Assembly: GCF_020745735.1 (NCBI RefSeq)
Contig: NC_083427.1
Span: forward strand, 2,387,438 to 2,451,437
Direction: 5' to 3'
Length of the DNA stretch: 64,000 nt
Source: Hemiscyllium ocellatum
Taxonomy: Eukaryota
Shown here: positions 46,831 to 61,370 of the stretch, piece after piece
How the letters are laid out: every line of letters starts with the position of its first letter
Position numbering within the stretch: position 1 is the stretch's first letter
Translations under genes and position numbers: made by a program
The notes under the pieces: model-generated
What the model was told of the DNA's origin: nothing
The model's database searches: none
The model's input: the letters and a program-made list of their open reading frames with translations, nothing else

Positions 46831-49169
46831 GGATTGCTGTTGTGGTTTCCTATTCCTTAATTTGTGTCATTTGTCTATCTGGTTTTAGCTGAGACCTTTC
46901 TACGATTGAGTGTAACTGAACATTTTGTGAGGCCGATTCAAATGCAGTTAGAAGCCAATCACATATCTCAGGGAAATCAGAGAGGAACAACAAAAACTAT
47001 ATTTTCAAGTGCACCCACAGTTCCTAATATAATAGATTAAAATGTATTATCTTCCATTCTAAAGTTTCTCATTTCAGCTTCAAATCTATAGATCGCCGAA
47101 GCAAGATCGAGGAGGAAGACAGCTTCAACTGATTAAAGTTTTGGTATTGTTTAAAAGCAATATATACCAAAGATCATCGAAAACAATTAAATAAACTACC
47201 AATGGAATGAGACAGAAAGCCCGGAGATTGCTTTAAATAACTTAAAGTACTCTTAAATTCAAACTATTTTCGTTGGAAACAAGCGTTTAGTTTTCACATA
47301 AACACAGGATCCACTCAACATTTCTTTTGTGCTTAAATTGCTCTGTTCAAAGGTGTTACACAGAGATCTCATTTCAGAAACAACCAGTGTCTTCAAGTGT
47401 TCCATAAATCTTATGGCTTGGTGCATGCCATTGAAGTAGAATGTTATTTACCTTGTTAGAATGCTCCTTTAAATTTCCATGGAATGCAATGAACGTTGTG
47501 TCATGATAAATTTACACAAGTCAAGAACAGCTAACCTGAAAACATTTCACACTTCATGACAAGGCTTAATAATTTTGGTTTGTGCTTTTGGTTATTCACT
47601 GTGATCACAGACAAATTTCCGCGTTTCCACTTGGCTTCTCATTAAACGTTTGTTACTATCAGTGAGTTCGACATCACTGTCCAGACGTTTACTTCCGACT
47701 TTTGTTCAAACCTTGTGTGGGAATGTTTGTCTGTGAAGACTGTAGAACTGTTGCACGATTATCAGCAACTGAACCTAGTATCTCAAAAACATGTGGAAAC
47801 TATTTCCTTAACTCCTCTTAACTTGAACATTCAATTCTAATTATTTAAATTCATTGTTAAACAGAATGACATATAAATTCAAGAAACCACTGAACTGGCG
47901 AAATTCCGAAACATAAATCAAAATGAACCGAGAACAAATGATTGACTGCTCATAGGATTAGGTCGGATATTGCAAGACCATCAGGGTTTTTGATTCCGGC
48001 CTTTCTTAATGATCAATGCATTTACACGTAAATAAACATGAAAAGTGTTCCTACCATATCCTTGAACTCATAAATTCGAATCTCAGAATGTCAATCCCCA
48101 GTAATCTTGATTTCCTTACAGATACAAGATTCAAATATTCCCTGTAGAACAAAGAAACATAGATGTAAGCCATAAAACAGATAGCAGAAGAGTCGAAAGT
48201 TAAAAAAAATGCCGGAAGTACACGTTTCGTTGCTCTTTAGCTCACATCACCATAGATTCCCTCCTCAAGGTATTCCATTGACGGAAGCAATGGCTGATTC
48301 CAAAGGTTGCTGACAATTGCATCAGTGATTCAGAAGGGTAAATCTTCAATAAAGCGCTTGCATATATAATATACATTGACAAGAAAGCTAAATTTGTGCA
48401 TTTTCCCCTTACAAATGTAATGACAGTAACATATACAGTACTTTGATTTTGTTATTCTCAAGACTTTGTCAAATAGCTAAATCCAGAAAGGGTCTCAAGG
48501 TGGCCACAGCTGTCCTGGAGCGAAACTGCCAAAATGGGATTAATGTTTCGAACCCCACATTTTGCGGGAGATTTTTTTCCTGGTGCGTGTCACTAATATC
48601 AAATCAAAAAATTCTGACCCCTTGGAGAAATATTTTGAATTGACCCATTCACTTTCCAATGAACACGGCACAACACACAACTTACATTGGTACTTTAAGT
48701 AACATCTTTGCTTGTAGTTAAATGTAAATTTTTACCCTTTATGTCAATATGATGCAATCTTTGAACATTGATATCCACAACGTTTACAACGTGAATTGAT
48801 TCGTACCGGAATATTAGAAGCCATTTTGTTTTAAAAGGGACAAATTTCAGGAAAGTGAAAAGTCCCTGTGCCCCCTCAGGTATGAATGAAATTCATGTTT
48901 GCTTTGTACCTTAAAACGTTTACTCTACCTTATTTGCAATATAGTTAAATGAGATTCGCAGATAAGCCTATATTCGGAGTGATTTATTTAAATGAACAGA
49001 CCGTCTGTCATTTTGCTTAGTCTGTGCAATTCATTTACATAAAAGGATATATTTCATATGCATCTTCATTTTGAACGTCTGTCTTCTTTTATCTTATAAG
49101 CAATGCAATGTTAAACTTTGCCAACGTAATGCACTAGTTTATAATATGTAAGTGTACTGAAAAAATTTG

Positions 49170-49630
49170 CAAGGATGTTTCCAGATATGGAGGATTTGAG
49201 CGATAGGCAAAGGCCGAAGAGACTGGGAGTGCTACTCCCTGGAGAGTCGGATGCTGAGATGCAACCTATAATAACAGGTGTCATTAAATCATGGGGGAAA
49301 TACTTAAGGAAAATACATAATGCCGTTTTCCTGGTGTGGGAAGAAGGGAACTAGAGGGTTTTGCTTTCGGGCGAGAGGGGAAATATTGAAGAAGGAACTA
49401 AGGGTCTTCATTTTCACGCAGAGGGTAATGCTTGTATGCAATGAACTTCTAGAGGAAGTGGTGAAGACTGGTACGATTACAACATATTAAAAAGTTTCTG
49501 GATGGATAAATGAATAGGAAGGGTTTAGAGGGATATGGGCCAAGTGCTGAAAAATGGGACGGGATGACCTTAGGATATCTGTTCGGCATGGGCGTGTTGA
49601 ACTGAAAGGTCTGTTTTCTGTGACTCTATG
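49170..49630 (+). mobile_element. CR1 LINE 3' end
   Basis: FTQRVxxxWNxL motif, 3' UTR and CTATGACT tail. Confidence 0.75.
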
Positions 49631-52339
49631 ACTCAAAATATGATAGAAGATTTATTCATTGTTTTCGCTGAAATCCTTTTGTTTAATTTAACAAATGCGT
49701 TCAGAATATTTTGTCCAGATTTGTATTTCCTTTAAGGATTAATTTTGTAAAATTTGTCATTAAGTTTCATAACCATTGCGCCACACGTGAATAAATGCAT
49801 TTAGATGCTAAATTCAATCCCTTTCAATTGGGGAAGCTTGAGAAGCTGCCAGTTGTTTTTGTTGGTGAATTTGCTCTTGGGGTGTGTATGATACTGATAT
49901 CGTCGAAAGTTATGCTAGTTGCCCTTTAGAAGATGCTAATGAGTTATTTAAACTTCTGAATTCTATGTCTGGTTGCTCCATGTGCAACTGTTTCAGGCAG
50001 GAACTTTCAATTTTTTTGATTCACTCACAAAGAAGATATGTTACATATTATTCTATGGCAGTGTGATCAGTGACTTGCATGAGGCCATCCATGTGTTAGT
50101 GTTCCCTTGCCTCTTGATTCCTTTTAGTTCCAGACTACATAGTGCATCGTTTGGAATTAATGACCTTAATGGTCCAAATGAACGAAAAATGAAGAGCCAC
50201 AAAACAGCACAGAGTTACTGTAGTAGAATTTCATGCACAGCAATTTGTTTTTTTTACTTCCAAGTATTTTACTGCAAACTGATTGCCGATAGCTGTATGA
50301 ATTGAAATGAAAGTTCCATTTCACTGACGCTTGAGTGCATTTTATGAAATAACTGTCAGGATTCGAAATGAAAACGTGAACCTATGAATAGCTCCATCAA
50401 AAACTGGGATTACCATTGACCACAGATTTATCTGGTTTCATATCAAGCAAAAACTGCAGATGCTGCAAATCTGGAAATCGGAGAAAGTCAGAACATCTCT
50501 GTGGAGAAAAAAGCCGAGTTATTGTCGCATGCCCAGAGATTCATATTTATTCATCAGCTTCTGGCTAAAATAAGTGGTCAGAGATGAAAACTTCTATGAT
50601 GGGTAAGTGATTTCCCCTCATTGCAAAAAGGCCAAGGAATGGGTAGAAACTGGTGGTTCTATAAGTTATGCTATTGTCCCAACATGGAATTAAGAAACTA
50701 ACTGTTGAAAGAAATCTCATAGAAAATTGTGTTAAACATTCATGCAAAACGTTATTTGAAAATTTCGAGAGGCACATACATGAAATGACCAGAAGGATTA
50801 AGGGTGCAAAGATTATTTTCATTATTTGCTGTTTAATACATAACATTTTTTTCATTGATGATTTAAGGTATTGCCAATTTTCATGCTATAATTTTAAAAT
50901 AATTATTACACATTTTTAATTCCTCCGGAGGTATTGTTAATGCAGCATTGTTTGTAAAATAAAAGCTACCATCAACACAAACAATGAAACATCCGGATGT
51001 AATGTCTGGTAATTTCAGTTTACGATTTTATTTTTAAAACTTACCAAACAGGAAACTGATTGAAGCTACTCTAACGTGAAAAAATAACTTCGTTAGGTCC
51101 TCTCATATAAAGCGAAATTTACTTTCTGGAAAGTTCTACATAGTTCGGTAAGCTCTTTCCTGTCAAAAATTAATAGGTGCTCACATTACTCAAACGGGGA
51201 ATCACAAGAACGCTGAACAGTTTGTTGGGCTCAGAGTGAATTCAGTTTCTTGAAAATAAGCAATAATACAAAGTTACGACAAAGTATTGCGAAACTAATT
51301 CAAGCAAGTCAAGAAACAGGGGGTTAAATACACTGAAAATATTACAGATAGAAGAATCAGAATGCATAATCGTTACAAAATTTCAATAATGTGTTTTTTT
51401 AATATTCACATTAACCGGGAAAATGGCCAGTAAATGCCCAAAGAATAATACTTGCGCGTGTTGTGAGGGTTTAATTCATGGTTCCAAATAAAATAAATCC
51501 AGGCGTACTGCTTTCAACGTTTACCTCAGAATACTCAGTAATATTCTGTCAGTATTCATTAAAGCCAAGTGACTCGTTATATAGCAGAACGAATATTAAG
51601 TTGTGGTGTCACCAGAGTGCAGTTGGTTTTCTGTGATTACTTGATGCGTTCCGATTTGATCTGAGGAACAGCATCTTGTGCCACCTAGTGACTAATGTTT
51701 GTAAGTCAAGTAATTTGGGCGATGACAAACTGATGAAGCTGTTCAAAATCTTTGGTCTGTTCCTCCATGAATTCAGATCATGATTAAGTTGAGTTCTGCA
51801 TAAAATCAGCCATTTCGCAGTATATGTTGTAACACTGCCACACAAATAGCTAGCGAACTCAGTTGTTAACATTCCTGTAATCTACTACATTTTGAGAGAG
51901 CTATCTCCAGATTTTGAATGCTGTTTGTCATGAAAATACCTTGACTCCTTAATGTTCTCTACATAATTCTTGAACATGGCAGCACGATTATATAGTTACA
52001 CAAAGTCTATTTTGAAGATTTTACCGTTTCGTTAGTTTAGATAAATACCTCCTCCACCTTCTATACTTTACAGAAGTTATGTAATGTCTCTAGAACATGG
52101 TTGTCGTAATTTAAGTCGAAGCACCGGAATTATCTTTCCTTATGTTATTGACTGCACCTCCAAATGCAATGGACGAGCAGTGAACCGAAATAACGCAACA
52201 CTGGTGAAATCTTCCACAACACAAAAACATTTGCGTTGTATATTAGTCCAGTTGACTCATTGCTCTTCCCGCCTGCCACTGATTATGCAGTCCCTACTGT
52301 GTGGAAGCAGACTATTCGGCCAATGGAGTCCACAACCGA

Positions 52340-52572
52340 ACGTCTGAAACTATCTCACCTGACCCACAATCTACTGTTTTCCTGCAAATATGCATTTCTC
52401 ACTAATGGTCGAAATACACTTTCTTTGACAATGGGAAGAACCATGGCTCCCACAAAAGAGGGGCGAATACACAAACTCCAATCAGGCAGTCCTCCACGAT
52501 TGGAATCAAACCCTTGTCTTTTCTGTTATTCGGCAAGAGTGCCATCCTCTTAGCTGCTGTGGTGCCCCACCT
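52340..52572 (-). mobile_element. HE1-like SINE, decayed
   Basis: Antisense tRNA-like head at 52500-52570. Confidence 0.6.
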
Positions 52573-53524
52573 ATCAATTAAGAAACAAGTATCCTTCGTC
52601 TCTTCGCACCTTTACTGTATGTGTAATAGTTTTTAACTATTATCTCAATCAATCTCTGTTTCTTTATATCGCTCACTGCAGCACAACATGCTCTGCCTCC
52701 TTACTGATTCACACATTACTTGATTACAACATTAATACAATACAACGTTCGTTATCTCAAGTCCAGACATCAGAGATCATCACAGATCTTCTCAGAAAAA
52801 ATTGCTGATTCTGCTTGCAAATCACAAAGTCATCAAAGTATGTGCCTCAGTTGGCATGTCCGCGTTATTTCGCATTTCCTACCTTCAGACCCTCTCTCAA
52901 ACCCAATCATTATTTCTTTCCTCCTGCTACCCGTTTCTGTCACTATTTGCAACTGGTCTTTCGTATCATTCTTCTGATTCTAACCACAGAAAGCGTTTGA
53001 TCAAAAGGCTCGAGAAAAGTGAATTAAGCTTGGCATGAAGATCACACAGTCCCTCCGACTTGTTGACAAAGTGAACTTACGGATGTAAATGTGCAAAATC
53101 GTTCATATATCACGGCGCTACCTTGCTCACGTATCCCCAGGAAAGTGACATGGACATTTTCAGCGATAAAACTTTTTAAAAAGTTAAAGGAATTACCAAT
53201 CTGATGTTTTTTTTCTCTATCAATGGAATATTTCTCATGATTCCGTATTGTAAGCTATTCTCAAACAGTCCGTGCACCATCATCATACAAGTAATATCTG
53301 CAAGCTAACTTTTTTTTGCACTTGAATCTGTTTCTTAACCACGACGCTCTGCAAAACAGCCAAGTCACCAGGGATATGCATATGCAGTAACGGAATTTCC
53401 TTGACTGTTTCCGTAACTTTGTGCACAAACACACAAACCATAACTGATCATACCTCAAGGCAGCCAACCCAGCGCTATTTCAATGCATGCAGACTTTTTC
53501 GCTCTGTTGCCTTGAGGAAGAAAG

Positions 53525-55046
53525 TTAAAAATCACACAGCACCAGGATATAGTCCCACACGTTAATTAAGAAGCATGAGACTTCGAAGTGCTGCTTCTTT
53601 ATCAGTTAGAGATTGCATCTTGTGGTTGAAATATATTAAACAAACTTAGATTAAGTTCGTCATAATTTAGAATAGGTTTCATAGCTTTGGTTCGTTCATA
53701 TGTAAATCCCAGAACTCATTTTAAATCATAATCTGAAGGTAACTCCTAGTTTTCTGACAAAAGGTGCCATCTCAGCTCGGATTATGTATTAGATGTGTGA
53801 GGTTCGAATCTGTCTTTGACCCAATATAGAGTCAGATTGGTTCTATTTCTAAAGTGAGTTTTTCAGAATCCTACATGTATTGACTATGGGTTATATATTT
53901 TGAGCAAATACAAATACAAATTCACCTCATCCACTTGTATGTGTTTGCATTCAGGAGACTCAGGATGAGTGTGTGCATGTGGGGGTGAGAGTGCATGTGA
54001 GGGAGCGTGTACATGTATGTGTGAAAGCATGGTGATGTGTGTGCTTGACCGTCATAGGATATAAGCCAGTGAGAGGGTGCGTGTGTGGTTATGAGTGTTA
54101 GTGGTGCATGTGTGCGTGTATGTGAGAGAGATGTGTATGACAAAGGGTCTGTATTAGTCTGTGCGCATATAGGAGTGTGTGTGTATACGTTTGTGTATTT
54201 GTGACAGAGATTGTGTATTGTGCAATGTGGTCACCTGTAGTCTGATATGAATCTGAGATCCCAGTCATGGCCATTATCATGGGAATCGAACTTGGCTGAT
54301 CGGCCACTTTGCGTTGTTGCATATTCTGAAGTCTACCTTGGAGGATGGTCTGAGGCTAAATGTCCTGTACCACTGAACTGTTCCGCACCTGGGAGGGAAT
54401 ACTCTTGCTTGTTGATTGTTGTGGGTGCCCAATCGCCCGTTGTAGCGTCTGCTCTGTCTCGCCAATATATCATGTCTCCTTGCCTGCAGTGTATGAGATA
54501 GGTAGCTTTGTCCGAGTCACCGAAGTACCTGCCACTTAAACGATGGGAGTTGTCCCGATGTGTAATGGTGGTATCCGTCTGGACACTCTGACAGGTCTTG
54601 CAGTGGCTGCCATATCAGGGTTTTACGGTGTTGTTAACAATGATGTCCTGAAGGTTGGGAAGTTTGTTGTGAACAATGATCGGCTTCAGATTTGTTGGTT
54701 GATTAAAGACGAGAGGTGAAGGCGTTGGGGAAGGCCTTAGCGAGGTGCCCACCTTCTCGCCTTTAAACAACCATCAAACTTGAAACAGTTCATTATTAGC
54801 AGCAAACTGCCCAGCCCTCAGGATAACATCGAAAACAACACTGTGCAACGCTATCAAGGTAAACGTCTGGAACATTCCACCTCCGATTTTCAGTGACCAT
54901 CTTGCAAGGTGGACTTCGGGACAAGCAACAACGCAAAGTGACCGAGAAGAGAGTGTGAGCCAGGTTCGGCACTCAAGAGGATGGTCTCAACCAGGATCTT
55001 GGGTTCATACTACACTACAGGTGACCCCACTGTACTATACACTGTA

Positions 55047-55082
<36 letters not shown>

Positions 55083-55830
55083 GCACGGACATACACACTC
55101 TCACACATTCCGACATACTCAGACACTACCACAGACCCTGTCTCGTACACAAGCTCTCTGTCATTTGCGCGCACAGACACAATTCACATTTACACCCATG
55201 GACGCACCTTCTCCCAGGCTTATACCGCATCTTACACACGCACATCCACACACTCTCTCACATGCACTCAACATGCACTCATACACGCACACACGCACTC
55301 CCGTGCAAAACTCCCTCTGTCTCCCTTGCTGGAACTCAGATAAAATTTTGAGGTGAATGTGTATTTGCAGAATTGTATTTTACTTTGCTCAAAAAATGCA
55401 TAATCTGCTGTCAATCCATGTAAGATTCTGTGAATCCCACTTGAGAAATAGAACCGGTCTGCCTCAACATTCGGACACAGACAGACTTTAACCTCACATT
55501 TAATACATTGATTGAGCTGAGATGACACCTTTTGTTAGAAAACCAGAAGCTATCTTGAGAAAATGACTTAAAAGGAGTTCTTGGATTTACATATTAACAA
55601 GCCAAAGCTAGCAAATCCATTCTAAACGATAAAAGACATAATATAAGTCTGTTTAATATATTTCAGCCGCATAACGCTGTAAAGTTTTGCAATGATTTGT
55701 GTGTCTTATGGTCCTACTCCACAAACACCTGATGAAGAAGCAGCAGTTTGACAGCTCCAGCTTCCAAACGGACCTGTTGGACAATAACCTGGTGTGCGAT
55801 TTTTAACGTTGTTCACCCCTGTCCAACGCC
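53525..55830. mobile_element. Penelope-like element 3' region with a long inverted duplication and GIY-YIG endonuclease remnant
   Basis: - strand 54300-54620 encodes CKTCQSVQTDTTIT..YLIHCRQG..YIGETEQTL (GIY-YIG). Blocks 53525-54330 and 54890-55830 are reverse complements, including the (TG)n/(CA)n tracts and decayed hammerhead motifs (~53580-53615, ~55730-55760). Confidence 0.85.
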
Positions 55831-56289
55831 AGCCCCTCTAAGTCTTGAAACAATTTTAACGTGTCAACTGAAAATTTAAAAAAGGATGATTTGTCTCTGT
55901 AACTGCTGGCCCTTATCAGAAAGAGCCACCTAGGCACTGAATACAAAGAAAAAAGGAGATAGACTCCTCAAGTTCATTCAATTCTGATCGTGGTTTTTGA
56001 ACATGGGTGCATTTTACTTAGAAGTGCGATATATATTACCTAATATGGAAACAAACTAAGATCATACGGACATCCCGCAGAGAATTGAAAATAGTAAATG
56101 CAAAATCTGGCAAAATAAATGTCTGCCAGGCAATTTTATCCTTCGTTTTAACAGTTGAATGTTGGCGTTTCAAATAAGTCACGCAAAATCCCTGCCCCCA
56201 AGACCGTGTCTCATGAATTATCAATTTTATCGTCGCAATCAAAAGAAGAAACGCTGAAAAGCTTGCATTTTCCCTCTCTCAAAACTATC

Positions 56290-56630
56290 TAGACATCAGT
56301 CTGATTCCTGGGATGCCAGGGCTGACGTAAATCACTGGAGTTTAGAGGAATGAAGGATGATCTCATTGAAACCTATACATTTGTGATAGGTGCGGATAGG
56401 GCACATACAGGAAGGATGTTCTTAATAACCAGGGAATACCAAACCAGGAGGCAGAGACTTGTGATAAGGTTAGCACGTTGAGAACTGACATAAGAAGAAT
56501 TTCTTTCTGCAGATTATGGCGAACTTTGTGAAGGACTTTGTCAGTGCCAGCGCTTGAGGCTTAGCATCGAATGTTTTCAGGAAGGAGTTTGATATTGTTC
56601 TGAGGATTAAACGAGTCGGGGGCTAGCAGA
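56290..56630 (+). mobile_element. CR1 LINE 3' end
   Basis: R..LIETY.., F...G..KTRG, RRNFF 3' motifs. Confidence 0.65.
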
Positions 56631-56664
56631 GAAAGAGGGAATAAGCAATTTATTTTTCTTTTAT

Positions 56665-56990
56665 TTCTACAGTGTGGAAACAGGCCATTAGCCCATCAAC
56701 CCTGCACAGACCCTCCGAACGGCACCCCACCCAGATGCACCACCGCAACTCTTTCTCTGTAAGCCTACCTTTCCCATGATTAATGCACCACGCCTCCACA
56801 TCCCTGAACACTATGAGTAATTTATTCTAATCGATCCAGTTAAACTGTACCACTTTCAACTGTGGAAGGAAATCAGAGCACACTGTGGAAACCCACGCAG
56901 ACATGGGAAGAATGTACAAACTCAACACTGGCTCTTGCCAAGCGTGGAATTGAATCCGGATCCCTGGTGCTGTGAGGTAGCAAGTGGATG
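56665..56990 (-). mobile_element. HE1-like SINE
   Basis: Antisense GGAAACCCACGCAGACATGGGAAGAATGTACAAACTC core and GAATTGAATCCGGATCCCTGGTGCTGTGAGG tRNA-like head. Confidence 0.85.
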
Positions 56991-57069
56991 ACGAACAATT
57001 ATCACATTGAGTAGTGGGGCAGGTTTGGAAGTCCCAATGACCAACCACTCTACTCCTATTTTTGTTTTC

Positions 57070-58730
57070 ATTTCTAAAAAAAAAAATCATTTGATAAATA
57101 TAGATATTGCTGGCTGGCCAGCATTTATTTCCCATCCTTATTGACCTTCAGTAGTCGTTGGTGAGTTGCCGTCTTGAACCACTGCAGTTCACCTACTGTA
57201 GGTTCACGTATAATGGCATTAGGGATGGAATTCCAGGATTTTGAACTAAGAAGTGTGAAATAACAGATATATATTTCCAAGTCAGGATGGAGAATGGCTT
57301 GGAGGGGAATTTGAAGATTGTTGTGTTTCCATATCCTTTCCCTTCCAGATCAAAGTGATTTTTAGTTTGGAGGGTGCTGTCTGTAGATCTTTGGCGAATT
57401 TCCACAGTGAATCGTGGAGATAGTGTACACTGCTGTTACTGAGCGTCGGTAGTGAGGCGAGTGAATCCTTCCGGTTGTGGTGGTGGGTTTGGGGGGTGCT
57501 GTTTGAAGATCTTTGGCAAATTTCCACAGTGCATCTTGGAGATCGTATGCACTGCTGCTACTGAGCGTCAGTACTGAAGCGAGTGACTCCTTCCGATTGT
57601 GGTGCCAATCAAACAGGCTGCTTTGTTCTGGGTGATGTGTAGTTTCCTGAGTGCCGTTGAGGCTGTACCTCGCCAGGCAAATGTAGAGTCTTTAATCACA
57701 CTCCTGACCTGTGTCTTGTAGATTCAGCATAGGCTTTGAGGAATCAGAGTTGTGCGTCTTGCCGCAGTATTTTTAGCCTTTGAACTGCTCTTGTAGAAAC
57801 TATGTTTATGTGGTGAATCCAGTTGAGTTTCTGGTCAATAATAACCCATGGTAGTAACGATGGGAGATACATTGATGGTAACAACAATGAATGTCAAGAG
57901 GTGTTTGGATTGTCTCGTAAGGTGATGCACATGTTACTTCACAATTTCCAGCCCAGCCAATATATTTTCAAGACCTTGTTGTATTTGAAGATGGAATTCT
58001 TCAGTACCTTGTGACGGAGGGAACGTCATTAATGAAGCAGCTAAAGGTGGTTTAACTCAGGATAGTAGCCTGAGGAAATCCTGCAGAATTGTCTTTGAGC
58101 TGAGATGACTGATCTTCCACAGCCTCGAGCATTCTCCTATGTATCAGGTTGGACTTCAAACAGTGAAGAGTTTGCTCCTCATGATTCCAGTTTTGCCAGG
58201 GCTCATTGATGGCAAACTCGGTCGAATGCAGCCTTGATTTCAAAGGTTGCTCCTTTCACCTCAGCGCTGGAATTCAGATCTTTTATCCATGTTTGAATCA
58301 AACTTGGAATGTGGACAGGAGCTGGGTGGCACTGGCTGATCTCAAACTGAGCATGATTGAAAAGCTTTTATTTCTGAGCAGATGGGGCTTGATCTGTTGG
58401 ATCACTTTACCGATGATCGAGAGTAGGCTAATGAGAGCGAGATTGATTGTGCAGCTGATTGTGTACAGGAAGTGCCTAGGCAATTTTCGGCATTGTTTCA
58501 ACTGTACTGGAGTAGTTAGACTACGGTAGTGGCACGTTCTGGAGCAAAACTCTTCGCCAGTATTGTTGGAATGTTGTCAGGGCCTGTTGTCATTTCAGTA
58601 TCCAGTGTCTGGAACCGTTTCTTGCTATCACGTGACGTGAAGGGAATTCGCTGAAGATTGGTATATGTAATACTGGGGAACATGGAGTTGGCCAAGATGA
58701 GTCAGACACACACCTCTCCTAGCTGAAGAT
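57070..58730 (-). mobile_element. Non-LTR (L2/CR1 clade) RT remnant to 3' tail, with an internal 122-bp tandem duplication
   Basis: Antisense ISLLSIIGKV, DLNS..EV..AALDIKAAFDRV-like and PQATILS motifs. Confidence 0.8.
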
Positions 58731-60839
58731 ATTGCGAAAGCTTTTACATTAAATATTGTTCTGAAGTGCGAAACGTTTCTATCAAAATAGCTTTTTGCTA
58801 ATCAAAGGAAATGGGCACTTTCATTTTGATAAAAATGTGAGCACCAGAATGAAAAAGGCATTAAAAGCCGACGATCATTTCCAGGAAACTATTTTGAATC
58901 ATTTGACTTAATGTGTCTCAATGAAACATCCCTGACCATATCCGTTCAACTTAAAGAACATTTAAATGAAGAAAGTAAAAAGTGGGTTAACTTTGATGTC
59001 GTCAAATAATCCCGATAAGTATTCGACCTTGACATAATTCTCTTCTGTTGAATGCACAGGGAATTCTAATCAGCCATTTCTCGAAGACTTTCAGTTGAAC
59101 TATGAAATGACGACACTCAAAGGGTAAAAAGGCGCTGCATGACATTTCTCTGTTCATTAATTTACGAGATTTTGTCTCAATTAGCCAAATGATTGAAATT
59201 TGAATCCGTTTTCTAATTTCAACAGAACGCAAGACAATCTTCTGTCTATTCGAAGCAGAATTGTGCTTAAAAGACCGGATTAAAGCATACGTTATGAATT
59301 TACGTGATTCTGTGGGGTTCGGCTGTACTTACACGTGGCAATGATAAATTAGATTTTCAATGGGCAATGGTCACTGAGGAAGCAGCGTCATTGGGCTGGC
59401 ATAAATATATGGCAATACAAGGAGCTGTGGACATCGAGATAAATAAAAATGTTTTGATACAGGATTTTGAGAGAAGACAGACAATTTGAGTTAATTCAGC
59501 CAGGATACTGGACCATGGGCTGACGACTGAATAATGTAGTTCACAGTCATTTTTACAGGCAAAGAAGAGTAAGGAAATTGTAAGACTACTTGAGACAGTG
59601 GCAAAGTATGACGGGGGATTAGGCTGTGTGGTTAATTTCAGAAGGATTTGGGTAGAGAGGGAGTTGAGCTCTGGTATTATTGCTCAAGGCTGAAAAAGAG
59701 CAGGTAATATGCCACAGGCTTAATTATCATTATTTGCTTCATCAAGGACAAACCTCTCTTCAGAAAGTCAGAACTAGCAGTGTTTGCTTATTATTGTAAT
59801 AAGTTCATCAGATCCTGAAGTGTATGCAGAGAAATACAGAAAACCCTTAATAGCATCCAGGTTTTGCGCTGAAGTGTCAAAAAGCACAGGAATAAAGCAA
59901 AGGCTCATCTCACCATTATCTCTTTATGTTCATTGTTATTAACCATCCTCTAACCTGCGTTATCAACATCTTAGTGTTAAGCAAATACCTGAAAATGACT
60001 GCAAGAATCATATAAACACTATTGCTGCCAGAACACACCTGGAATTTAGCATTGCATAATTGAAGTCCCGCTTCCAGAATAGTTTGCCTACAAGTACAAA
60101 CCAGAAGCCCTGTTTTGTGATGAAAGATTTTCCATTGGTTCGGATGAGTGCAGCTTCACCAGCCTGATAGAAGCTGAACCAGCCAAAAACAATGTCCATT
60201 TTATTGACACTGCACCAACCATCTTCAACAAGCAAGACAGTCAGCTCCAACAGCATGTGACATGAACAAAATTCGCCACTGAAAACTTTTTAAGACATTA
60301 CATTTCGAGCTTAGATAGTGAAACACCGACAATGGCAAGGAGAGCAGATGCATATTAAGATTGTCATCCGCAAATTCTACTCTAAGCCGCTAAAAACCCT
60401 AACACAGCACTCGATCATTCGTCCTTTCATAGTTACCTTTTGCAAATCCTGGTATCACTTCCAACATTTCTGAATGTGTCTTCTCAGGACCCAGTGCAAT
60501 TCAACAAAGCAGCAATCAGCCACCTCCATCTGGTAAACAAGGAACCGGCAATATATATTGCCCTGGCCAAGGGTGCCTGTACTCCACAAGGACTGAAAAA
60601 TATGATAATAATAAAAATAAATAATGCAATGTTATGGAGGAAATCAACAGCTTGTGATCACTCATGTATTATTACAGAATGAACAGAAGCACATGGGTAC
60701 ATTTGGAAACGCGAGTGGTGCATGGTTACAGAGTGTAATTCTGGAAATAATGTGAATTGAACTCTGATGAAGGAGAATGGCAGTTAATTTGAGTTGGAGA
60801 TAGTGCAAGTCTGTGCAGCGAAGTGTGTTTAATTGCAAA

Positions 60840-61370
60840 CTAGGGCATAGAACAATACAGCACAGAACAGTCCCTTCGGCCATCGATATTGCGTCAATCT
60901 GTGAACTAATCTATGCCCATACCCATTTTGTGCTTATCCAAGGATTGTTTAAATCTGCCCAATGTGGTTGAGGTAACTATATTGACAGGCAAGTTATTCC
61001 ACGTACTTACCACTCGCTGAGACCTGAGATCTGTCTTAAATCTATCACCCTTCAATTTGTAGCTATGCCCTTTGTAGATGCTGACATCATATCCGAGGAA
61101 AAAACTTTAATTGTCTACCCTATCTAATCCTCTGCTCATCTTGTATGTGTCTATCAAATCCCCTCTTAGCCTTCTTCTTTCCAATAAAAACTGACCCAAG
61201 ACTCTCAGTCTTTTCCCATAAGACATTCCTTCCAGACCAAGCAACATCCGGGCAAATCTCCTCTGCACCTTTTCCAATGCTTTCACATCCTTCCTGAAAC
61301 AATGTCAACACAACTGTACACAATATTCCAAGTGTGGCCACACTAGCGCTTTATATAGTTGCAAATTTGC
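60840..61370 (-). mobile_element. CR1 LINE 3' fragment
   Basis: ORF 61120-61341 - (ATLGILCTVVLTLFQEGCESIGKGAEE) is a frameshifted CR1 RT C-terminus. Confidence 0.85.

Noticed and set aside
53922-55356. His/Thr-rich ORFs (HTHTHT)
   Set aside because: Translations of (CA)n/(TG)n tracts in the Penelope 3' region.
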